Assembly: GCA_951406725.2 (NCBI GenBank)
Contig: OX597815.1
Span: forward strand, 184,574,001 to 184,638,000
Reading direction: 5' to 3'
DNA length: 64,000 nt
Source: Octopus vulgaris
Taxonomy: Eukaryota
The notes under the pieces were generated by a model. The model saw nothing but the letters and a program-made list of their open reading frames with translations. It had not been told where the DNA came from and did not search any database. Below, one piece after another: positions 12,590 through 26,640 of the stretch. Every line of letters starts with the position of its first letter. Positions within the stretch are counted from its first letter, which is position 1. A program made the position numbers and the translations under genes.

Positions 12590-14790
12590 TTTTTTATTGC
12601 CCACAGGGGCGGGGGGCTAAATATAGAGGGGACAGTACATAAACAAACAGGACGGTACATTGAAAGTGGAGGCACAAAAACGGATGGCAGGATGAATAAA
12701 GATAAAATAAATTTACAATGTGTAATGAAAAGATGACGCTCGATCCCACACCCGGGCACCCTCATTTAACCTTGCAATTATATCCTTTTTTCGAGGTTTT
12801 ATAACTTTTTTCCTTTTTCAAAATTTTTTTAACTCGTTAAACATTGTAAAATGTCTATACCAAAGTCTTGTTTTAATTTAAATAAACTCAGCATTGTGGA
12901 CATCTCACTGGTATCTATATTCCTTGCCACGTATTTAACGTTCTCTTCGTATTCCTTAGTCGCATTTATGATAAATGTGAATGTAAGTCGCAGACCACTT
13001 ACAAGCTTCTCGACTATAATACAACCCAAATTCCTGAGAACCTCACCACAAAGCTACGTGCTCACTCATATTAACTTGTCCCAGCGATGAGTTTCATTTA
13101 TAAGCTTGGCATTTTTTCATCGTAAAAAACGATGGGATCTTTTCAGTTTGAACGGCAGTTTTTTTCTAGCGGTGTCATATGAAATTGTCATCCATAATTA
13201 TGACCCTAGTATCGATCTATTGCATTTCATTCTGTTTTAGGGTTAGGGTTAGAGTTAGGGTTAGGGGTGGGGGAAGGGTATCTTTTTTTCTTCACAAATG
13301 TAAATAAACCCAATCTGTTTCTTAAACGAGGGACATATTCATACGGCACAGAATATTTTCACCTCAATAGACGTCATTGATTGGTCGAGATTGCTGAAAT
13401 TGAAGACAAAAACTACAAATATCTTACAAACTATAGAATTTTCCCAAAAGAGCCAAGAGAAAAAGATGTTTTATAAACAAATTCTACCAGTATACGAAGT
13501 TTAAAAGTGTTTAGTTACGTTGAAATTATTTTTAAAAAACTGCCGGTCAAACCGAAAAGGTCCAAACGATGTACTTTCTCTTTTCCCCTTCTTGTCTCAC
13601 TGGGCGGGGGCTGGGAAATTTGGGGCTCCAGTGTGCGTGTGCTCATTTTTTCCAAGTCAGGTGGGGCATGGAGAGGATTGGTGCCTGCAGGGGATGGTGG
13701 AGCAGAGGGGGCTTGGGTGGGCGTGGAATGGGGCCCATCACTCACAGAGTGTGTTTTTCTCCTTTCCTTCCACTTTTTCCCATCCGTCTTCTTCCTTGTT
13801 TTTGCGTATCTCTGCAACCGCATCTCCGCTGGGGGCGGAGATGCGGTTTCCTTCCTGCTCACGGGTTTGGCCTGCACTTCTGCAGGTGGTGGAGGACAGC
13901 CTACCCTAATGTAACCATTTTGGCCACATTTGTAGCACCGAGGGATCCTAACCTCGATTCTAATCTTCAGTATTATTTCTTAAACCGTTATGGTGTCTAT
14001 CATTTTTTTTAGGTCTTCCGGGGCGCGGTCTGGATCATCGTATCTATACTCTGTCCCTGTCAATTGTGGTGGGTAGTACTAGTAACTTGAAGGACCAGCC
14101 AGCCCAGCAGGATAGCATCCACTAGCCAGACTACGTCTACTTCTGGGGTATGTCTTCTACTCTTATCCTGGAAGCACGTCATACAAGATATATGGGTAGA
14201 AGCACTACCTTCTCCGTTTTTAAAAGGGTTGCCGAATGTAGGCTGGCAATCGCTGCGGAACAACACCTCCACAGTTCAAAACTTTCGGCTTCTGTTGAGG
14301 TGCACAATCTCTCTCCATATTTGTTTTAAAGCCTTTTCAATTTGTGCAACCGTCACTACCTCAATTGTCCTGCATTTTTTTTACCGAAAATGTTCTATAA
14401 ACAACTTTTTTTTTCTTTTTCCACCCTGTATCACTTCTTAAGGAGGGGATACCTTCACATTGTGTCCGTCCCTTCTCAGTATCTCCTTATATTTACCATT
14501 TTCCTCAAAATCAATTTGTTTTTGGTGGCTTCTGGCTACCGTCGCGAAATCCGTCTTCTTGTCTGCAATGTCCAGGGCTTTTATCATTCCTCCTCAGAAG
14601 AAAATTCTGAGGAGCTTAAGTTCTCATAATTCATCATTTTTACCAGCGCTTCTTCCTTCAAATAAGAAAACTGCCGTAAGACAGCAAAAACAAGTGTCAG
14701 AAAACACAACACTTAAAAATAAACACTTTTCTATAATCCTTACTGACAATTTGAACAACGCACAAACATACACGAAGAAGTCGAGATGAT
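12590..14790 (-). mobile_element. Most complete ORF1-only element (decayed), interrupted by a MITE at 13135-13563
   Basis: Minus peptides KTDFATVA..KVSPP*EVIQ..EVVTVAQIEKALKQIWREI..TVEVLFRS..IRIEVRIPRCYKCGQNGYIRVGCP, Pro/Lys-rich linker; 3' end TGTCCCCTCTATATTTAGCCCC..TGTGGGCAATAAAAAA. No RT or endonuclease motif seen. Confidence 0.7.
13135..13563. mobile_element. Merlin-like MITE, 8-bp TSD, five TTAGGG-like units
   Basis: GGATCTTTT...AAAAGGTCC ends; TSD AAACGATG at 13127-13134 and 13564-13571; telomeric array at 13237-13266. Confidence 0.9.
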
Positions 14791-15429
14791 TGGAACAACC
14801 CGTTTCTTACCAGAACGATTAGGCATTCCTGATATTTCTGTTCCCATACAAATTACTGCTTTACGGTGATCTAAATTTACTATTAGTGGGGCAGCTTTAT
14901 AAACAAGAGTATGTGATGGGATGCTTACAGTACTTGATCATATCTTCTGGCGGAAATTTTGGTGGAAAATTATGTCTCTGAGCGGCAGACGTGCTTTTTA
15001 ATATCATTCTGATGTAGTAGGGCCGCAGATGTTTTGTCCAATATAGATTTAAAGGAAGATCGAGTGATTGTCGCAGTTTTTTTTTTTTACTTAGCCTCTC
15101 AACTTTTATATAGTATTTTCACTTGAAAGCTTCCGTAATTTTAAGTGAATTATTCCAAAAATCACTTTTTAAAAATTTGATTTAGATCATCACTTGTCAG
15201 TATCTGGATTATCATTTCTCGATGCTGTAGGCCACGGATTATTTTATTATTTAAGTTACAAAAATGGTGGGTATCAAAGTTCAAGTGTTGTCCGATAGGC
15301 ATAGGGTTGCCATATAAAAAAAAGTCATTAAAATTTTCAATTATGAACCAGTATCATGTATTCCAACATTACTTTGTTCATCGCTACGAACCAAATATAC
15401 AATTTATAACGTGCGTGTACTCCAGCAAA

Positions 15430-15790
15430 AATGTTGAATAAGTTGTCTACATCTAAACAGTCTCGTCCAAGCAGATAAGATATACAAGCATGAACGGTTG
15501 GCTAGATATATTTTCCTAACAATTCATAGAAGAAAATACCAAATAAGGATGAATAGTAAGAAAGCTGGAAGTATGTAAAATAATTTCCTTGAAAATATTC
15601 TAGTAAATATTCAGTTATTTGCCTTCAGAGACTGATGCGATTATCGTGCAGACTGATTAGATTGTGGTTTTCATGAAAGAGTTAAGAAAGAAAATGGTCT
15701 TTATCGACATAGAAACCTCTCCTGACTTGTAGATCATTTCTTGGGAGAAGGCCAGGTAAGCCTATACATAGGGTTATAAGGGAAGTAGTA
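15430..15790 (+). mobile_element. Very decayed R4/Dong-like REL fragment
   Basis: Peptides YKHERLARYIF and TDAIIVQTD*IVVFMKELRKKMVFIDIETSPD resemble RHD..AR.IH and TD..I...PDIV......IDIA.P.D. Confidence 0.35.
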
Positions 15791-16324
15791 TATATACTAG
15801 ATTATCGATGATCCCTTATACAATTGAATCGTTAATGCTTCTTAAACAAACATAGAAAACAGGCGCTCAGCTTTTCCAATATAATGACAGTCATACATAG
15901 CAATTGCATTGAATATATCTACGTGGGGACATCTCCATAAAATTCCATAATAAAATACATGCACTTATTTACACAAACAATATATCAATGCATTTACACG
16001 AGTCACATTGAACTGATTGCTATGAGAAACATAAATTTTATATATATATATATGTAAGAATATTGCCGCCTACGTAAGAACGTACATTTGTTTATCTTGA
16101 AAATATATTTATTGACAGGCAATTCTTCAGCTAAGATAATGGAAACACTTCATATATGCTGCTGAAGATAGTGAAACGAAATATGATTAAAAAATTTTGC
16201 TTATGTATCATAAAACATGATTACGCACGTACATAATTGAATATACGTACACTCACACACAATTATCAAATGTTCAGTCATAAATTATACACATACACAC
16301 AGATGCGTGGGAGTACAGCATATA

Positions 16325-16386
<62 letters not shown>

Positions 16387-16399
16387 GTCTTTTCAAATT

Positions 16400-16580
16400 T
16401 TAGCAGAATGTCAGCCATTTTAAAGGGCTTAGTAGAATTGGTTACATCGACACCACTATACATATAATATATATATTATAGACCCCGAAGGAATTACTGG
16501 TAGAGTTAACATTCGGCGGATTTTGAGAAGTGCCATTAAATATTTTCCCGACGTGCAAACGATTCCACTAGCACGCCTTA
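16400..16580 (-). mobile_element. Degenerate SINE A
   Basis: GACCCCGAAGG and GACGTGCAAACGATTCC.CTAGCACGCCTT match the reverse of the SINE A core and head. Confidence 0.55.
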
Positions 16581-17039
16581 AATACACACACACGCACGCA
16601 CACACACACACACACACACAAACGCGCACACACACACACACACACATACACAAACACACACACACACACACACACATATATATGTATATATATATATATA
16701 CATATACACGTAAGTGTGTGAGTATCTAATATGTATAAACACTCATACAAGTATACACACACACATAAAACACATATATAAACATAGTGTAGTATATGGA
16801 TTCATATACCCATATGGCTATAAAGGGAAGCTCCTCTAGTAGACTCGGCTAGCAGACCACAACCTAATCCAATACCGCGGTAGTATGATGGAAACTGTAC
16901 GCAGGAGATCCTATTGACAGAATTATTTCATGCGGAGTTTATAAACTATAAAAATATCAGGAGATACCTATAGTGACTATATTCATTTTAAGCACTTGTC
17001 ACCCTTAGGATTGCAGCCGTTTTATACGTACATGCATCA

Positions 17040-17483
<444 letters not shown>

Positions 17484-17999
17484 TACCAAGTGAATATAAG
17501 TCAGAATACAGCTTCGAAGGCGATGAGAGTTTTGTACTTCTTTGAAATTAAGAAATGAATTTGAAAAATTCAATAAAACTTATGGAATGCACTTTACAGT
17601 TTCCCTTTGTTTTAATATGCGGCCACATATAGTTAAAGCTGGCAATTTCCAACAATGGGACCACTGTGAAATGGACTGCCATTTCGATAGCGTAAAGTAA
17701 TATGTTCAACTATTCTTGTGAAGATTCTGTGACCTGAAATGTTTACGGTTCCAAAGAATGATTATTATATGAGAAAACTTTAGTACATTCCGATTGCTGC
17801 AAAATAAGTAATATCTGACACTTTCATATATTGATATGTTAGAAATGTATTAACGTTTTTATTAACGTCTGCTTCTAGATTGACACAAATCCTTTTAGCA
17901 TCAAAATACGATTCTTTTCTTTATTGTTCGTATCGTTACAATTTTCTTTCAATATATTGTATTCTATATTCTATCTCCGCAACATTGTTGTAAGTTGTG

Positions 18000-18000
18000 C

Positions 18001-18067
<67 letters not shown>

Positions 18068-18272
18068 TGCTTATCCATATATGTGTGTGTATATATATGC
18101 ATGCATATATATATATATATGCTTATACATATATGTATATATATTTATATATATATATATATACATATATACATATATACATATATATATATACATATAT
18201 GTATATATATATATATACATATATATGTATATACATATATATATACAAATGTATATATACATATATATGTAT

Positions 18273-18317
<45 letters not shown>

Positions 18318-18339
18318 TCCATCAATCTATCTGTTCCGA

Positions 18340-18391
<52 letters not shown>
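18000..18391. repeat. (TA)n-rich microsatellite
   Basis: Direct inspection. Confidence 0.95.
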
Positions 18392-18392
<1 letters not shown>

Positions 18393-18393
<1 letters not shown>

Positions 18394-18950
18394 TCGTGTT
18401 CTCCCCAAAATAGAGACTTCTGACAGATCAATCTATTTGGACAATTCGAAGATAGTAGCATATATCTTTGATAATGTCGAGACGATAGTTTCTGGAAACT
18501 TTGGTTGCTTTCTCAGATTATCTTTCAGCTCCCAGTCATTTGGTGTGTCAAGGAGCCCGGGATGATAGACCTGGCAGTACTGATCCTCTTTACACGAATT
18601 TTGAATAAGTGATAATTTTCGTCTCGGTGAAAGGACTTCAAATTACCATTCTATGGTCTTCAAGACTTAATCGTGCCTCTCCCAGGGCCTTTGAACAACC
18701 ACTGAAGATGTATTTTAGGTTTCATCTGCTTAGGCCCATAGGGTAACATTCGCAATCAAACTTTTCTCAGGTCGGATGTGTTCGTTGGTCATCGTCAACT
18801 ACTTGAGCTAGTATTCTACATGTTAGGGTTCCGCTCATCAAATGTCATACCTTGAGAGCATACAAGCCTTGGTCGCTTTTTATGTTGACTCCCTGGTACC
18901 TAATCCCTTTCTGATTCTTCAGTCGTTTCCAGACAAAGATATCTATTAGT
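18393..18950 (-). mobile_element. HERO/NeSL element 3' portion (zinc-finger region plus REL), decayed
   Basis: Minus peptides NLKYIFSGCSKALGEAR and [29 protein letters not shown]. Confidence 0.7.
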
Positions 18951-20822
18951 ATCAGTCTAGAGAGGTTCGGCCTGGAGGTGAACGAAAAAGTTAAACCATC
19001 CATTGTTTTGAGTTGTAAAGCTAGAAAAATCCGTCAACTTAGACAGTTTAAAAGCTTGGCACGGCAATTCAAAGAGCTGAAGGAGGAAGACTGTGGACTG
19101 GACTAATGAATATCCTGTGACCTACCCTCTGGAAGTAGCTTATGTCAGTGATGAGGGCTGAGTATCATGGCAGACAGAGGAATGAGAGAGTCAGGAAGTG
19201 AGTTACCTTTTTGGCAAACCTATGTGAGTTTACGAAACAGCTGCCCGGCCGGAATTGTAGTGGTCAACTGGTCTGGTCCAAATGTGTAATGGACATTCAA
19301 CTTAAACCCTACTACAGTAATGTTTCTAGGCTCCAAGACCACAGGACACTGCAAGTCTTGATTAGTATGTCTGCGCTCTATCTAGAATTGGATGGAAAGA
19401 AGACCAACTGGAAAGAGATCAAGGACGTGGTTAAGGCACGATCAGATTCAGCTCTAGGTTCGCGTGGCGTACATTAAAAGGTGTTGAAAAACAAGGGCTC
19501 TTGATGTACCTGAGAGTGATATTTAGAATATTAATTGTGGCTTAGTAGAGGTATGCATATGGGGTGTGAATTCCAAAAGACGAAGAATTTAAACAATCAG
19601 TGAGTTTAGAGTAATTGCGTTACCCACCACTGAAAAAAAGTTATTTTTCAGCATTATCGCTAGACGCCTGAACTAGATCCTGAAGATGTTTTACTTCGAA
19701 ACTTCTGTTCAGAAAGAAGTGTCTGAAAGGTATCCAATTGCCCGGAACATTTAGGTGATGTCGATCTCACCAATTTCATCAGCGAAATCTGAGAATACAT
19801 AGGTGAACTGAGAGTTTAGTGATTGAAAAGTGCGAATACCTGCGGGTTCATTCATTCCATATAAGCTGATTAAAGACACTCTGAAAGGGCTTCATGTCCC
19901 AGTCATGAACACAGACCTTGAGAATGAGTCTCTGCTGCTTCCACGGAATGGTACGTGCTTGAGAGCTGCGTTACCGCTGGATGTACCATTCCAGTGACCA
20001 TTTTGGTACTTATAAGGATCATGTTGGTAAATTCAGCTAAAGTGCAGTCTAGAAGGCCGTTCACTATGTCTGATGTTTCGCCTGACTTTTACTAGGGCTT
20101 TTATGGATGACCTGACTGTGAAACAATCTGTCAGAATGGACAGCAGAATCCTGAAAAGCCTTGAGGAGATTTGCTGACTTGGGCTCGTATTAGCTCCAAG
20201 ACATTGATATCCATATTGCATGTGACGAAGATAATCAAATTAAAATGGTTCAGTTTCTCAGTTGGTGATGAACAGATAACATCCATCAATGAGAAACCAG
20301 TGAAAAATTGGGAAAGATATTAAATTCCAGCCGCCTAAGAGACTACGGTTTTCGTCCGAGAGACCAATAAAGAAATGGGAATTTGGCTGTCCACAGAGGT
20401 CAAGTAAAATCTCCTTAGTACGTGTGAGGCCTGGATTTACTAGCATGACACCCTCTCATCGATTCTTTCGCCAGTCTTGTTTATATGAGATCCCTATATA
20501 CACAGCCGACAATTTTAAGAGGGATGTCAGTGAAATCCTACAGAAACGACCGAGACTGAGGGTTTGAATGTAAATAATACCAAGAGGAAGATCTCTATCA
20601 ATAGCCTGAGAGAAAACTTCGTGGTGACCCATCCAGTATAGGTTTTGTAATACCAAGACTACTGTGCCAGTAGCCCCACCCCACCCCCACAGTCAGGTAC
20701 TGAGGTCAAAACACGATAAAAGGAGAGAGAAAATGTGAGTGTCGAGCCTCTTCAGTCGCGGTTAATACAAAAAACGGTTGTGGAATATGTACGTCGTGCA
20801 AAGACTGGCCTGCTACCACCGC
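18950..20822 (+). mobile_element. HERO/NeSL element RT region, decayed
   Basis: WKEIKDVVKARSDSALGSRGVH, IPKDEE, FRVIAL...LFFSIIARRL, ETSVQK, TAGCTI, TRAFMDDLTV (catalytic motif), SRLIQKTVVEYVRRAKTGL. Confidence 0.85.
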
Positions 20823-20877
20823 AGCATACTACTTTGTGAGTGTGTAAGTGGTTGTGTGGCTTTCTCTCCGTGTGTGT

Positions 20878-20942
<65 letters not shown>

Positions 20943-20961
20943 TGTAGTAGTAGTAGTAGTA
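20878..20961. repeat. (AGT)n microsatellite
   Basis: Direct inspection. Confidence 0.95.
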
Positions 20962-21000
20962 AGAACAGCAATAGTAGTAGATAGACAAATAAGATATAAT

Positions 21001-21400
21001 GTTCTTTTCTACTCTAGGCACAAGGCCCGAAATTTTGTGGAGGGGGCCCTAGATTAGATCGACTCCAGTACGTAACTGGTGCTTAATTTATCGATTCCCG
21101 AAAGGATGAAAGGCAAAGTCGAACTCGGCGGAATTTGAACTCAGAACGTAAAGACAGACGAAATACTTACTTCTTTACTACCCACAAGGGGCTAAACACA
21201 GAGAGGGCAAACAAGGAGAGACAAACGGATTAAGTCGATTATATCGACCTCAGTGCGTAACTGGTACTTATTTAATCGACCCCGAAAGGATGAAAGGCAA
21301 AGTCGATTTCGGCGGAATTTGAACTCAGAACCTAAAGACAGACGAAATACTGCTAAACATTTCGCCCGGCGTCCTAACGTTTCTCCCTGCTCACCGCCTT
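21001..21400 (-). mobile_element. SINE family A, two-unit copy (tail1 then tail2)
   Basis: Junction near 21167; tail2 AATTTCGGGCCTTGTGCCTAGAGTAGAAAAGAA. Confidence 0.9.
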
Positions 21401-21913
21401 GAACAAGCGATTATGTTACATTATAAGTATATAAGTAAATTGAAGAACATGAACAAGATTCACAAAATAAATTTATGCTAAATAAGAAAAGTTATATGAT
21501 CGTACACAGAAATATCAATTATATGCATAAATAAGTTGATATCATATGAACTAAACTTTTTTAATTATATTTTTTGTACGGAATTTTAAAACTGATTATT
21601 AGATTTGATTACAAAGTAAGACATGGCGGTACCACTACTGTCGTTTATAAAAGCATCAGTGACAACGAGATCAATGATCAAAGACTTTCCAGCCATGTCC
21701 ATTTTTAATTTTATGTCTACGACTACACACTGGCCTTATCATTAATGTCTTACTGTTCAATGGAATATAGTTATAATTTAATAATATCAAATCCTGTTCC
21801 TACATAAGATAATCATCCGATGAAATTCATTCACGCACATAAACACATACTTGTATACACACACATTATATATACAAAGTCATCATTACAGTCTTTATAT
21901 ATATATATATATA

Positions 21914-22065
21914 TGTCTTTACTTCTGAGTTCAAATTCCGACGTGGTCGATTTTGCCTTTCATCCTTTCGATGTCGATAAATTAATTACCAGCTCTGTAC
22001 TGGGGTCGATCTAATCGACTGCCCCCTCCCAAGATGTCGGGCACTATGCCTAGAGTAGAATAGGA
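21914..22065 (+). mobile_element. SINE A fragment (core plus tail2)
   Basis: TTCTGAGTTCAAATTCC..GCCTTTCATCCTTTCG..GCCTAGAGTAGAA. Confidence 0.8.
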
Positions 22066-22083
22066 TATATATATATGAATAAT

Positions 22084-22133
<50 letters not shown>

Positions 22134-22523
22134 TGTGTGTGTGCAGATATACATATATGTACATACCTACATCTTTTTGTTTTTCGTTGTTCGAAAAAAG
22201 TTCGTTTTCTATGTTTTTGGTTTATGTTTTCGTTTCTCATTATATTGTGTTTTTTTTCCTGTCCTGTACCCATACATGCATGTATGTATAGATATATATG
22301 TAGGTATGTACATATATGTATTTACATATGCATATATTTATGTTATTTATATTACTATATGATCGAACGCCACGCATCCTTTTCCAAGTAAGTTTTATCA
22401 TAATAATTACGATGTACGCTCTTATTCTATCTCTTCTCTGTCTATCTCCCTCTCTTGTACTTACTTTCTGTTTTTCTCTCCCACCCTTTCCCATTTTTCC
22501 TCCTCTCCCTCCTCACCGTTCCC

Positions 22524-22562
<39 letters not shown>

Positions 22563-22781
22563 TCCTCCATGACTCTCTCGTTGCTGACACGTGACGAAAG
22601 GCGATCTATCTTTCTTTCTTCTATTTCCTTCGTAAACGCAAGACTTGCTTTTACCTGTCTCTTCTCAAAGCTCGTTGTTCTAGCATTCATAATCTTCATA
22701 TCGTTTTGGCTTAACAGCCCTCACCGCTTCTTTTTACTGTCTTGTTCTCACTGTGTATATATATATATATATATATGTTCT

Positions 22782-23113
22782 GACACCCCCTTCGGTCACG
22801 ACACAGACCATGGGATTGCACCTAGAAAGTTACCCTCTCAGGCGCAAGTCCGGGCAAGGTTGTTTATGGAAGACCAGCTGTCGCCATGCATACCGGCCTA
22901 CCCTCACTATGCTACCAGTGTTATCTAAGGGAAAGGTAACGGCCGATACAGCTTGGCACCAGTGATGTCACAACTCAATTCTACAGCTGAGTGAACTGGA
23001 GCAATGTGAAATAAAGTGCTTTGCTCAAGAACACAACACGCAGCCCGGTCCGGGATTCGAGCTCACAACCTCATGATCGTAAGCTCGACTCTCTAACCAC
23101 TGAGGCATGCGCC

Positions 23114-23115
<2 letters not shown>
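22782..23115 (-). mobile_element. SINE family D
   Basis: Colinear with 9313-9644. Confidence 0.85.
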
Positions 23116-23191
<76 letters not shown>

Positions 23192-23435
23192 ATAAAGTTG
23201 CAAAGACATCAGAAAAACTCTTACTCGGATATTCACGTTCCCGTTTGTGAGACAGACTTGTTTGAGAATGGAACTATTCTCAAAATGTGTCCGTCAAACG
23301 CGAACGTAAAACATCGGGTAACCCTCTTTCAGATGTCTTTGCAGCATTTTTAATAAAGCATATTACTCTACCTCCGGGATTCGAGTACTATATTTTCCAC
23401 ATTGCTTCTGATTTCACCTGTTTTCTCTGGAATAT

Positions 23436-23737
23436 CACGTGATCACGTGACCGACAGACCATCAGATGTTGCTACACATCGCTGGTCACAATGCGTTCGC
23501 ATTGTTTTAGCTTTTGAATGACGCCACACCGCTGGCTAAGCGAGCAGGCCAACAGATGAAAGAGTAAGAGAAAGAGTGGTGAAAGAGTACAGCAGGGATC
23601 ACCACCCCCTGCCGGAGAGTCGTGGAGCTTTTAGGTGTTTTTGCTCAATAAACACACACAACGCCTGGTTTGGGAATCGAAACCACGATCGTACGACCGC
23701 GAGTCCGCTACCCTAACCACTGGGCCATTGCGCCTCC
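23436..23737 (-). mobile_element. SINE family C with alternative tail (..GGTCACGTGATCACGTGA)
   Basis: Same head as 47435-47810, different 3' half; reverse of 35889-36193. Confidence 0.85.
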
Positions 23738-23747
23738 GTTTACTCTG

Positions 23748-23854
<107 letters not shown>

Positions 23855-24257
23855 GGCGCAGGACTGGCTGTGGGGTAAGTAGCTTGCTTCCCAAACACAT
23901 CATTCCGTATACCAAATCCACTCACTAAAACCTGGACCAATGGCTTCAGACATAAAAGTCTGAAACCATTGTTCCAGGAGTTAGCTGGTAAATGTTTTTA
24001 TTCTTCATTCCCTTCGATTTTTAGCTCTAATAATGGTTCGAATATAAGTGTCCTCTCTAGCGTATAGGTAGTCCTATGATGGCTACCTCTTATGAGTTTA
24101 AAGGTACACTATATTCATATGAGTAATATATAGTCTACTGACTAAATTTTTTACACGCTAGGACACTGTAATGGAAATTTCTAATATTTCCGATTACCCT
24201 TTATTAATATATATATATATATGTAAATGTAATATGAGATAATTATTCGGTAGGCAT

Positions 24258-24318
24258 GATAAAACTCCTAGTTTCGGATGCCGAGGAGGAAATCCACGCC
24301 GCCATCTCTTCAGCTATC
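24258..24318 (-). ncRNA. Putative minimal type-I hammerhead ribozyme in a Penelope-terminus-like element (about 24225-24565)
   Basis: Minus: gauag-CUGAAGA-gaug..cauc-c-GAAAC-uagga-GUU-uuauc; stem I gauag/uuauc. Confidence 0.6.
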
Positions 24319-24577
24319 CGGCCATCGGAAAAATGGTATGAAACATGACCGTTATACAAAGGGAAATTATTTTGTGGTTGACCGTTATTAAGACAAAAGA
24401 GCTATTCGAATGACTGCTAAGTAAGGGGGTAAAAAAATTCATAGTATTCGGGTAAGCGCGCATGTTCATACCTACCCATGTGCGCCCGCACACCCGCGTA
24501 CGTGCGCATACATTTCTCCACCCTCACTTCGAAACGTACACATCCTCACTCTCATCTTTCGCCAAATGTATATGTAT

Positions 24578-24620
<43 letters not shown>

Positions 24621-24731
24621 AATATACATACGTATATATAAATACATATATATATACATTAATATACATACGTATATACATACATACATATATATATAAA
24701 TATATATTTATTCATATATATATATATGTAC

Positions 24732-24796
<65 letters not shown>

Positions 24797-25243
24797 TGTA
24801 TTTACATATTCATATATATACATATGAATGAACTCATTAATTCGTCTGGACTATGATAATACATGAATTGATGTAAGTATTCTGGACTATGATAATACAT
24901 GAATTGTGTTTGTATTCTCCATTTTCTGTGTTTTGTTACACTTTTTCTCCTATATAAAAAACGATAGAAATCTCTATAGCCACAACTGGAATTTCAGAAG
25001 TTCTAATATTGATGAAGAACCAACGATAAACACTAGTACATATACAGATGTAGAATGTTCGCCGCCGAAATTTTTTTTATGGAAACACCTGCCCGTCTTG
25101 ATAACTGTCAGTGACCAAAGGCCTTCGAAGGCCTTCTAAAACTATTGAGATTCTTTTAATGTTCGTGGTAAACTCAGTATATTGACAAAATACGTAAGTA
25201 TGGAGAAATCTAATGAGGTTGACTTTCCTGAGGGAGAATTGTA

Positions 25244-25292
<49 letters not shown>

Positions 25293-26416
25293 ATCATTTA
25301 AAAGCATTTATACGTTATAAAGGTTAACGATACCTAATTTAATGAGAATTTTTTAGCAATACTATATTTGTCCTCTTAAATATAAGCCATGTTATTTGCT
25401 ACCAGAATTTAGCCTTGAGAACGCTAATTGCTTCATATTTCCATAGATATTAAATGTGTTGTATATCATGACGTGAATGGAATGAATCATAAAATTCACT
25501 CAAGTGTAACAATTCCGATTTGAATTACCGTGTGATATAGAATTTCTTACACGAACCGTATTTCGATTGCTATTTCTTAATTTTCTCCTTTTTTTTTTTT
25601 TTTTCTGCCATTCTATGGTATGCAATTTTGTCTGTCGTTTTTTTCCTTGTGAATTTATTATTTTCTCTGCCTCATCCTTTTTCCCATCCTATCTTTATTT
25701 TCTCGTTTTCTCTTCAATGAAATAACTCTGTGAAACTACTCATGTGGGTGTAAGACCTAGTGCAGAAAACATTTCATTGCAAGAAATAAACTGCAACTTC
25801 CAATGGATGCCAACCAATGACGTCAGAATTTTCTTCCAACTGGTTTTACGTAAACTGTTTCATTGAATTAAGTATACGAAACCTTGACATTTCACTATTT
25901 ACGATAAAGTCGGTTTCCATTGTTACGACATTTCAGTCTAAATCTAAATATAGCAAAATGCTTTAAAGTAGATGGGAATAAAACGCAATTATAGGCTGTG
26001 AATAAACCACTAGATATAATTCGGAAAATATTGAGCTGATGATATATCAATGTTTAAAAGAAACATCATTTCGAATTTAAATCCATTGTAATTGATATAT
26101 TAATTAAGAATATTTTATTTTATATGTTATAGCCCATATGCCTCTCGTAAACACTTCTTGATCATTCTCTATGTTATATTCTGATGTCATGAGGCAAATA
26201 AATTTTTCTAATTTATATAAAACACAGGAACCAAATCGACGTTCCAGGAAAAAACTGCGTACACGCATACACTCATACACATGCATACATATATACATAC
26301 ATACATGCTTTGGTCGTCCGTCATTGCACGCATATACACACTAGCATACACATTCACACACACACACACACATTCACACACACACACACATACACATATA
26401 GATATGTATATATATA

Positions 26417-26498
<82 letters not shown>

Positions 26499-26640
26499 GA
26501 GAGAGGGGGGGTAAGAAAACAGTATATATATATATATATATATATAATATCAGGGTAATAAAGATTTTAGAAATTTTTACTACCAGTGGCCTAGCGTATA
26601 GAAAAATTAGTCAATAGCCTATATATCTATATATTATTCA

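Noticed and set aside
13237-13266. TTAGGG array as a telomere or fusion scar
   Set aside because: Short and internal to a TSD-flanked MITE present in several copies.
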